From contig CAVUMN010000003.1 in the NCBI GenBank assembly GCA_963742735.1, positions 192,001 to 256,000 of the forward strand: a stretch of DNA of 64,000 nucleotides, written 5' to 3'. Shown in pieces: positions 39,951 through 47,693 of this stretch. The stretch is from an uncultured Actinomycetes bacterium. GTDB lineage: Bacteria; Actinomycetota; UBA4738; JBBDTT01. A model generated the notes under the pieces. That model saw nothing but the letters and a program-made list of their open reading frames with translations, ran no database searches and was not told the origin of the DNA. Every line of letters starts with the position of its first letter. The stretch's first letter is position 1. The translations under genes were made by a program, and so were the position numbers.

Positions 39951-40101
39951 GACGGTGCTCCTTTCGCGGGCAGATCGTGTTGCTCTGTCGGTGAGGTCGG
40001 GCGGCGGGCGAGTGTCGTGGTTCCGAGAACTCGCGTACCGGCCCGCCTCACCTCCTTCGGCCGACGGCTTCTTGGGCCGCCTCTGCCTCTCACGTAAGGA
40101 G

Positions 40102-40127
40102 ATCGGCTACAAGCGGGAAGCGCTTGA
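40102..40127 (-). promoter_or_regulatory. Sigma28/WhiG-type promoter of the tad operon
   Basis: Minus strand TCAAG-cgcttcccgcttgta(15)-GCCGAT, about 150 nt upstream of flp. Confidence 0.8.
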
Positions 40128-40226
40128 TGAGCCGAGCGGATACGGCGGATGGTCGGATCGGGTTGAAATTCCTTGCCGCGTTAGCCCCGATGGATCAACG
40201 AGACGTACGAATGCGGACGGATCGAC

Positions 40227-40931
40227 CTATCGATTCGGGCTGCCGGTGATCAGATAGACCATCACGTAGTGACAGGCGGTCGCGACGACCACGAAGACGT
40301 GCCAGATCTCGTGGTACCCGAAGGAGGCCGGCCACGGATCGGGCCGCTTGCGAGCCAGGACGAGGGACCCGACGGCGCTGAGACCCAGCCCCACGAGTCC
40401 GAGCTGGGCTTCCGTCGGCGTCAGCCTCTCGAGGAGCGGGGGGATGATGAACAGGGCCAGTGCGCTCAGGAAGGAGTACAGGAAGGCTCCGAACGCCCTG
40501 ACCGTGTCGAATCGCGTGAGCTTCAGCGTGATCCCCAGGGCCGCACCGCCCCACTCGATGCCGAGCACGATCCAGCGGAGCCAGCCGTCGAGGGCGATCA
40601 GGGCGACGGGCGTGTACGAGGCCGCGATCATCACGTAGATCATCGAGTGGTCGATCCGCTGGATCGATCGGATCCCTCCGAGTCGCCAGGCGCCTCGGTG
40701 GTGGCCCGCGCTGCTCAGATACATGCAGGTGAACGCGGTCGCGAACACCGCGGCGGCGAACTGGCCGGCGGTCCCCCGGGCGTGCAGCACGAGGATCACC
40801 CCCGCCGGGATGGATACGTAGACCCACGTCTGGTGGAGCCGCCCTCGATGCCGGGGCTTGCCGTGAAGTCGGTCGGCCACGGAGACCACCGCGACCGCCT
40901 GATCCGCCGGGGTCTCGCCCCCGTCCGTCAC
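40227..40931 (-). CDS. Hemolysin III / PAQR-family membrane protein (start uncertain)
   Basis: KPRHRGRLH, SAGHH, RIDHSMIY..IAASYTP, PDPWP..FGYHEIWH..V..A..CHY. Confidence 0.9.
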   Translation of the reverse strand: MTDGGETPADQAVAVVSVADRLHGKPRHRGRLHQTWVYVSIPAGVILVLHARGTAGQFAAAVFATAFTCMYLSSAGHHRGAWRLGGIRSIQRIDHSMIYVMIAASYTPVALIALDGWLRWIVLGIEWGGAALGITLKLTRFDTVRAFGAFLYSFLSALALFIIPPLLERLTPTEAQLGLVGLGLSAVGSLVLARKRPDPWPASFGYHEIWHVFVVVATACHYVMVYLITGSPNR

Positions 40932-40945
40932 CTCCGGGCGGGGCG

Positions 40946-42367
40946 TTACGAGTTGCCTTCGGCGAGCCACCGCAGCGCACCGATGCTCGGCTGGAACAGA
41001 TACTCGCCACCGCGACATTCGGTGAAGCTCGGCTGGGGGTGGAGGAAGAAGGGCGGGTTCCCGGGGATCGTCATCTTGTCGTTCTCGTCGTCCGGCTCAC
41101 CGATCAGGAAGTCTCGGTCCTTGCCCACGCCGAGCGCGTCGCCGTCGTCGACCCAGAACGCCTGGATCGTCTCGAACTGCCGCTCGATGCTCGTGCAGAA
41201 GCACACGAAAGCCAGTCCGCGCTCCTGGCCGTCATCCTCCAGGGCGCCCTCCGCCAGGGGCGGTCCGTACGACCTCCCTCGCCGGATGATGCGGTGGCGC
41301 CGGGTGAGCTCGCCGCCGTAGAACTCGCGCGAGTCGCGAGGATTGGCCCGCCGGATGTGCGCGCCGAGCGGGCAGCGGAGCCCCTGGTCGTCCGGCTCGT
41401 AGGTGAAGTCGTTGATCCGGTTGGGATCGCCCGAGATCGCGGGGTCCGGCCGGTCGGGCGAGAGCTCGAGCGGGGTTCCGTCGCGCCACCGGCCGACGAT
41501 CTTCGCCGCGAGCATCTCGGGACCACCCGGATAGGCCTTCCCCTTCTCCTCGAGGTAGGAGCGGAATCCGGCGACGTTCGTGGCGAGCTTGCGAAACACC
41601 ATGAAGGTGGCGTTGCGGTCGAACGGGGCGGCCGGGGCGGCGGGGATGCCCTTGTCCTCGTCCACGTACCCGAACACGAAGTCGCCCGTGGCCAGGGCGC
41701 GCCAGCGACCCTTGCCCGTCGGGTGGCCGTCTCCCGGCCGTGGGGTCACGCCGCTTCCCTCGATGGCCGGCTGGGAGATTCCGTCGATGAAGCCGAAGTG
41801 GTCTCGCCCGCCGGGCAAGGCCTCCGCGCGCTGCTCGAAGAGGACCGTCGTCGATCCCGAGGACTGTCCGATCTGGTGCAGCTGATCGCGGCGCGCGTCC
41901 AGCCGTTCGTCGTCGACCGCGTACACCGTCACCAGCGCGTGGACCTCGCCGCTCCCCAGGCCCGGATCCCAGCGCTCCGGCGCGCTCGGCCCTCGGTCGC
42001 CGAGGCGAGCCGCCCGCGCGGCCATGCCCTCGCGAAACTCCGGCGGGAACGTCTCCAGGATGGCATCGGACACCCCGAGCGCCTGCAACCCGGCATAGGT
42101 GAAGGCAACCTGCATGGCGGTTGGAGGAGGGTCGCCGGTCCACGGCTCGGCCGTGGTGATCTGGGGCAGCATCCCGCGCAGCAGCTCCCGCGCGCGATCG
42201 GGGTGGTCGATGCGAAGGAAGACGTACGCCGCTGTCGGGTAGGTGTAGCCGCGGAGGACGTTGCCCTGCAGGTCGGCCAGGTCGACGTTCGCGGTCTCGC
42301 CCTCGCGAACGGGGAGGTCCGGCGGCCGTCGAACGGGCTCGGTCTTCGTCTGCCCCTGATCAGCCAT
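40946..42367 (-). CDS. DyP-type peroxidase, copy 1
   Basis: DLQGNVL, FGFIDGISQP (GxxDG), proximal His AHIRRANPR, distal Arg IIRRGRSY. Confidence 0.92.
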   Translation of the reverse strand: MADQGQTKTEPVRRPPDLPVREGETANVDLADLQGNVLRGYTYPTAAYVFLRIDHPDRARELLRGMLPQITTAEPWTGDPPPTAMQVAFTYAGLQALGVSDAILETFPPEFREGMAARAARLGDRGPSAPERWDPGLGSGEVHALVTVYAVDDERLDARRDQLHQIGQSSGSTTVLFEQRAEALPGGRDHFGFIDGISQPAIEGSGVTPRPGDGHPTGKGRWRALATGDFVFGYVDEDKGIPAAPAAPFDRNATFMVFRKLATNVAGFRSYLEEKGKAYPGGPEMLAAKIVGRWRDGTPLELSPDRPDPAISGDPNRINDFTYEPDDQGLRCPLGAHIRRANPRDSREFYGGELTRRHRIIRRGRSYGPPLAEGALEDDGQERGLAFVCFCTSIERQFETIQAFWVDDGDALGVGKDRDFLIGEPDDENDKMTIPGNPPFFLHPQPSFTECRGGEYLFQPSIGALRWLAEGNS

Positions 42368-42921
42368 CAGCTCTGTCCCTCCCCGAAGGTGGCGTAGAAG
42401 CGTCGATGCAGTTCCTCGGCGTCCAGACCCTGCGCCGCGATCGCGAAGTCGACGACTCGCCGCCGGGCGTCGAGGCTCTCCAGGACCTCCGGAACCGACC
42501 CCTGAAAGCTCGAGGCGAACGACGACGAGAGCAGCTGGTGAGCGCGCATGTAGCGCTTGAATGCGATGCGGTCTGAGGTCCCGGGATAGCCGATGCAGTG
42601 GCTCCACCACGAGTCCGCCTCCGCGGGAAGCCGCTCGCAGATCGCGTCGAGGAAGGCCTCGGCGTCGCCGCTGATCGTGGCCGTGAACACCATGTAGTTC
42701 GTGGTCAGGTGGTCCGGCTTCACCTTGGGTCCCGGATGCACCAGGTGGTCGAAGATCTGCAGGCGCGAATAGTGGAGCTGTTCGAGCCGCGCCAGCGGGC
42801 TGGCTTCCCCCCACGCGAGCGCGTCGATGGCCTCGCGCGCGGCGGTCTCGTGACCGGGGGTCACGGGCGCGAAGACGGTGAGCGCGTAGTGGACCCCGTC
42901 CTTGTTCCCCCGCTCACCCAT
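42367..42921 (-). CDS. DyP-associated hypothetical protein B1
   Basis: LTVFAPV...LHYSR...FLDAIC...WW..C.GYPG; TGATG overlaps on both sides; paralog at 51942. Confidence 0.85.
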   Translation of the reverse strand: MGERGNKDGVHYALTVFAPVTPGHETAAREAIDALAWGEASPLARLEQLHYSRLQIFDHLVHPGPKVKPDHLTTNYMVFTATISGDAEAFLDAICERLPAEADSWWSHCIGYPGTSDRIAFKRYMRAHQLLSSSFASSFQGSVPEVLESLDARRRVVDFAIAAQGLDAEELHRRFYATFGEGQS

Positions 42922-43532
42922 CAGAGCGACCTCTGGTAGGTGGTGAGGAACCGGTCGTACGCCGTCTTGAACTCCGCCGGGCTCAGCCCGCGACCCTCCG
43001 CCTTCAGGGCCTCGAGACCGGTGCGGACCCGTAGCGCGTCCCGGACGATCTCCGGGCTCGCCTCGGGGTAGGCGGCGTAGTAGTGGCCGCCCTCCATGCT
43101 GTTGCGGGCGATCCAGGCCTTCAGCGGCTCGGCCGGGGGCGGCTTCGGGAAGTGGAAGCCCCGTCCCCACACGAACCCGATCACCTGAGGGATCACGTAG
43201 GCGAACGCGTCGATGTAGTTCTGCCACGACTGGTCGAAGTGCGCCTCGAAGAAGATGTAGTTGTAGTTGAGCTTGGTGTGGTCCTTCGGATCACCGACGT
43301 TGGGCATCGTCTTCTTGAGCACCGCCGTGCGCATGAAGGCGATCCGCCCCACGACGACCAGGCGCTTGTTCAGCTTCGGGAAGTACTTCGCCAGCCACAG
43401 CACCACCCTCAGGGGGCGCACCCACGCCGGCCGGACCGGCGTGTACAGGGAGAGCCCGGTCATGCGCCCGATCGTGTTGCCGGGAACGGGACCCGCGTTG
43501 CGCGGGAGTGGACTCGTCAGGGCCTGCGCCAT
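42921..43532 (-). CDS. DyP-associated hypothetical protein A1
   Basis: LNY.Y.FFE..FD...YIDAFAYV.P...WG.GF.FPKPPP..AYPEA; GGAGG RBS; paralog at 51319. Confidence 0.85.
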   Translation of the reverse strand: MAQALTSPLPRNAGPVPGNTIGRMTGLSLYTPVRPAWVRPLRVVLWLAKYFPKLNKRLVVVGRIAFMRTAVLKKTMPNVGDPKDHTKLNYNYIFFEAHFDQSWQNYIDAFAYVIPQVIGFVWGRGFHFPKPPPAEPLKAWIARNSMEGGHYYAAYPEASPEIVRDALRVRTGLEALKAEGRGLSPAEFKTAYDRFLTTYQRSL

Positions 43533-43536
43533 CGAT

Positions 43537-44994
43537 CTACCTCCCCCATAGTTGCTTGCCTTCCACCTGCCGGCGCGCGTGATTCGGGTTGCCGAACCGC
43601 TCGTAGTACTCGAGCTCGAGATGCGAGAACTGTGTCCAGATGCCCGGAAGGTAGAACGCGTCGGTGTGCGCGGGGAACCGTCCGTACGTCTCGTACAGAT
43701 AGCGACAGATCTCCTTGGCGTACTTGATCGCTTCCGGCGGATGCGGCTTGGCGTTGCGGAGGTAGGTCTCCGCGCTGTCGCGATCCTTGTACGCCAGACC
43801 GAACATCTCGACGTCCCCGTAGATCCCCTTCGGGCCCATCTTCTCCTCCAGGAGCTGGTCGACGGCCGCATCCATGTCCGTGACGTACGGTGGGCACAAT
43901 CCCTCGAGCACGCCGTCGATCCCGACGTAGTTCGGCTGCGAGGCCGGAACCGGCGGCATCCGGCGCCAGCGCCCCTTCGGCGTCTTGGTGGTGTGCTGTC
44001 GGAAGCCCAGTCCGAGCGCCTGGTTCTCGGGATCGCGCTGCATGATGTGCGGGGCCAGGGGAGCGCTGTGCACCCAGCCGCCCAGGCGGAGGGCCTCGCC
44101 GGTCAGCAGCAGGTTCTGCAGCAGCAGGAACGCCTCGTAGTCGGTGCGCGCCGAGCCGAGGGCCCCCATGGGCACGGGCACGTCGGTGGTGACGAATCCT
44201 CCCTTGACCCGCTTGATGCCGCCGATCGGCTGGTAGGGGATCGGGTCGACGAACCCCAGCTTGGCGGCGGCCCACGCAATGCGCTCGACGGGGCCCTTCG
44301 GATGGAACTTCCGCCAGTCATCGACGAAGAGCGGTGCGGCACCCGGCTGCTCCGAAAGCAGGATCAGGAGCGCGTTGATGTACTGCCGGGTGTTGTCGAC
44401 GACCGGCAGGAAGCACGTGGTGCCCGGCGCGTTGGAGTGGTGGGCGTTCCAACCCAGGTAGTAGGGCCACCGGCGCGGGAACGTCATCCGCTCCTCGTGG
44501 ACCTTCACCTTGACCAGGTTCGCGTAGGTGAGCCAGTCGTCCTCGGTGCGGTCCTCCCACCGGCGGGGAATCTGCCGGAAGATCTCCAGGGCGTCCCGGC
44601 CCCACGGGCGCCGCAGGAGCCAGATGCCCTCGTCGTTGATCATGAACATCGTGGTCGCCTGGGCGTTGTCCGGGCTCGGGCCGGCCCGGCCGACGGGATG
44701 CATCATCGACATGCCCATCTCCGGGAAGCCGTCCAACCGGAACAGCGGGCCGTCGTTCATGATCGGCCCCGTCGGCCCCGTGGCGGCGATGAGGATCGCC
44801 TCCTCGAGCGGGGTGACGGGTGACGGCGGATTGGCGCTCTCGTACGTCATCGGCCCGGCGGGCAGCGAGACCCCTTGCGCCACCCGTCGTGTTCGGCGGT
44901 CCTGGAGCGCCTCGGTCAACGGGTAGCTGAAGAGGTCCTGGAGGCCGGCATGGGCCGCCGGTCCGGAGGCCGGGCGCGCGTTCGCTGGATCCAT
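43537..44994 (-). CDS. Large hypothetical protein, tentatively nitroreductase-like fold
   Basis: 486-aa ORF with host-like codon use; LTEALQDRRTRR, GPSPDNAQ and LLQNLLLTGEALRLGGW resemble nitroreductase FMN-binding segments. Confidence 0.7.
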   Translation of the reverse strand: MDPANARPASGPAAHAGLQDLFSYPLTEALQDRRTRRVAQGVSLPAGPMTYESANPPSPVTPLEEAILIAATGPTGPIMNDGPLFRLDGFPEMGMSMMHPVGRAGPSPDNAQATTMFMINDEGIWLLRRPWGRDALEIFRQIPRRWEDRTEDDWLTYANLVKVKVHEERMTFPRRWPYYLGWNAHHSNAPGTTCFLPVVDNTRQYINALLILLSEQPGAAPLFVDDWRKFHPKGPVERIAWAAAKLGFVDPIPYQPIGGIKRVKGGFVTTDVPVPMGALGSARTDYEAFLLLQNLLLTGEALRLGGWVHSAPLAPHIMQRDPENQALGLGFRQHTTKTPKGRWRRMPPVPASQPNYVGIDGVLEGLCPPYVTDMDAAVDQLLEEKMGPKGIYGDVEMFGLAYKDRDSAETYLRNAKPHPPEAIKYAKEICRYLYETYGRFPAHTDAFYLPGIWTQFSHLELEYYERFGNPNHARRQVEGKQLWGR

Positions 44995-45223
44995 CAATGC
45001 GGGAGCTGCCCCTGTGGCGGGCGCTCGGTCTGGAACGTGCTCGGGCCGCTACGGGGCGCCACAGTCAATCCGGACCCTTCGTCTCGAGAGTAACGATCGG
45101 AAGAAATCTATCGGCGATCTGGGCCCGCGCGCAAGCGCGCGACCCGCCCCCGGGGACGGCTAGCGGTCGCCTGCGCCTGCGTGATACAAGGACCGACGAG
45201 TCCGACGAAACCAACATGAAGGG

Positions 45224-46303
45224 ATGTGGATGAGCGTGAGCGGCGCCCCGGCGCCCTGGACGGGTGCCGCCCCCGAGCACCCGCAGCGACCGCTTCGGCT
45301 CGACGCCCCGCGCCCTCTGGGCGTGACGACGTCGGACGGGTATCGGGTGGGCCTCACCCGCTACTCGGGGGGATCGAAGGGGCCGGTCATGCTGGCTCCC
45401 GGCTTCGGCACCACCACCTACGGGTTCGTCCTCGACACCGTGGAGACGAACCTCACGGAATTCCTGGTCGCGGAGGGATACGACGTCTGGCTTTTCGACT
45501 ACCGGGCCAGTCCCGCGCTGGACTCCGCCGACCAGCCGTACTCGGTCGACGACATCGCCCTGCGCGACTGGCCCGCCGCGGTCGACACCGTGCGCGCCGA
45601 GACCGGAGCCGACAGCGTCCAGGTCGTGGCGCACTGCGTCGGATCGATCTCCTTCCTGATGGCGAAGCTCGGGGGCCTCGAGGGAGTTCGGTCGGCGGTG
45701 TCCTCCGCGCTCACGACGCACCCGGCGCCGCCCACGTCGCTCGCCCTGAAGACCGGCCTGCACTTCTCCTCCTTCCTCGAGGGGGCGGGGGTCGACACGA
45801 TCACCACCGACTACGAGGGCGACTGGGACGACCGGGTGATCGATCGACTCATGCACGCGTATCCCACGCAGGAGCGCTGCGAGCTCCCGGAGTGCCGGCG
45901 GATCCTGTTCATCTACGGCGAGGTCTTCGACCACGACCAGCTGAACACCGCGACCCATCAGGCGGTCCCGGAGATGTTCGGGATGGCGAGCCTGAGCCCG
46001 TTCCGCCACCTGGCCCGCATCATGCGCAAGGGGCACGTCGTGAACACGGAGGGGGAGGAGACCTACCTCACACACCTCGACCGGCTGGCGTTCCCCCTGA
46101 CGTTCATCCACGGGGCGAACAACCGGATGTTCCTCCCCGAGGGGACCAAGAACACGTACGACATCGTCAGGGAAGCCAACGGCGACCACTGGTACAAGCA
46201 CCACGTGATCCCCGGCTACTCCCACATGGACGCGTTCATCGGCAAGGACGCCTCCCGCGACGTCTTCCCGCTGATCCTGCAGGAGCTCGCCGAGCACCAG
46301 TGA
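45224..46303 (+). CDS. Alpha/beta hydrolase with a Cys at the nucleophile elbow
   Basis: GPVMLAPG, GYDVWLFDYRAS, VAHCVGS, GYSHMD; colinear with the C-terminal domain of 47694-51101. Confidence 0.88.
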   Translation: MWMSVSGAPAPWTGAAPEHPQRPLRLDAPRPLGVTTSDGYRVGLTRYSGGSKGPVMLAPGFGTTTYGFVLDTVETNLTEFLVAEGYDVWLFDYRASPALDSADQPYSVDDIALRDWPAAVDTVRAETGADSVQVVAHCVGSISFLMAKLGGLEGVRSAVSSALTTHPAPPTSLALKTGLHFSSFLEGAGVDTITTDYEGDWDDRVIDRLMHAYPTQERCELPECRRILFIYGEVFDHDQLNTATHQAVPEMFGMASLSPFRHLARIMRKGHVVNTEGEETYLTHLDRLAFPLTFIHGANNRMFLPEGTKNTYDIVREANGDHWYKHHVIPGYSHMDAFIGKDASRDVFPLILQELAEHQ

Positions 46304-46310
46304 CGTGGAG

Positions 46311-46330
46311 GCCCCGCCGGGGGGCGGGGT
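46311..46330. terminator. Hairpin between convergent genes
   Basis: gccccgcc-gggg-ggcggggt. Confidence 0.5.
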
Positions 46331-46343
46331 GCGCGGCGGCCCG

Positions 46344-47683
46344 TCAGCCGATCTCGTGCGTGCTCAGGTCGTTGATCGTGCCGGTCCAGGCCTCGAACGC
46401 GGGGGCGCCCTTCACGAGCTGTGACCCCGCGTGCTCACCCTCCCGGTAGAAGATCGTGTACGTCAGGCTCTTCCAGCTGAGCCAGTCGTCACCCGCGTCC
46501 CCCTGCCGGTGGACCGGACGCCACGTGCCCGTGTTGATGTAGATGCGCTCGTGGTCGTTCGGAGGGTCGCCGACGAAGCCGACCGGCCGCACGTCGGCCG
46601 CGTGGGTGTGTCCGTACACGACGTACAGCACGCGGCCGGCGGTCTCGACGTCGCGATCCAGGCGACGGAACTCCTCGACCGCCTTTTGGCCGAACGCCAC
46701 CTCCTGCTTCAGCTCCGCCTGGTCGATCCCCTTCAGGGAACGGTCGAACTTGGTGAACTTGAGGACCTGCAGGGCCTTCATCAAGATCTGGAGCCGGTCG
46801 GCCCGGTCGAACGGGTTCGACATGCGGTCGTGCTTGTCGAACCAGCCCTTCACGAACGGAACGCTCTCGAAATCGTCCGCGGCCCCGCGCATGGCCTCGT
46901 TCAGCATCGCCTTGACGTCCTCGTCGAAGCGGTCCGTGTGGTAGCCGAGCCAGTGGATAAGCGACATCATCGGCCGCACGTCGAAGAGGTTCTGGAACTT
47001 GTGGTACAGCCCGATGCGGTCGGGGTGGTCCTCGGGCATCACCTCCAGCACCTTCAGCGGCAGCTTCGAGGCCATCTCGCTGGCCAGCAGGTCGCCGATG
47101 GGGATCTTCATGTAGTCCTCGAACGGGATCTGGACGTGGTCGCGGATGCTGAACGCGTCGCTCTCCTCGAAGTTGAACGGGTCCCACTCCTGGCCGTGGC
47201 GGGCATACACGCCGTAGTCGAGGTCCAGGAACGTGTGGTCGAACGGAGCGTCGCTCGGAGGGATGCCGAAAACCTCCCGCGCGCGGACCCGGAGCGTCGG
47301 ATACAGGTTGACGAGCCGGTCGTGGTTGCCGGGGACGAAGACGCGCTCGGGCTCCACCGGAAAGTCGAACTGCTCGCCAAGGCTCCCCTGGAAGATGTCG
47401 AAGGTCGCCTTGTTCTCCGAGACCACGCTCTCGAACACCTTCGTCACCGCCTCCAGGGAGGGGTTCCCCCCCACGGGCGCTCCTCGGGATCGATCGTGAA
47501 CCACTGCTCCGTTCGGATCAGGTCGAAGATGTCGCCGAGGAACACGATCTTGATGTCCTTGGCGCCGGCCTCCCGGGCCTTGGTACCCAGGTCGCGGAAG
47601 ATCCGCTGAAACACGTCGACGCCCAGGTAGTGCTGACCGCTCGACCCGTCCATGAGATGGAGATCGCTGACGATGATGAGCAC
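46344..47683 (-). pseudogene. Calcineurin-like metallophosphoesterase split by a frameshift in a G7 run (47466-47472)
   Basis: GTG 47683 with GGAGG RBS. SDLH and GDIFD lie in one frame; GNHD, HG, GHTH and NTGTW lie in another. One extra G joins them (PWGG-NP). Confidence 0.85.
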
Positions 47684-47693
47684 GCTGTCCTCC

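Noticed and set aside
40227-40931. Hemolysin toxin
   Set aside because: HlyIII/PAQR proteins are widespread membrane-homeostasis proteins; the family name is not evidence of toxicity.
45109-45135. Third sigma28 promoter (GCCGATAG on the minus strand) upstream of the nitroreductase-like gene
   Set aside because: The -35 position reads CTTGC, not TCAAG/TAAA; the -10 alone is insufficient in GC-rich DNA.
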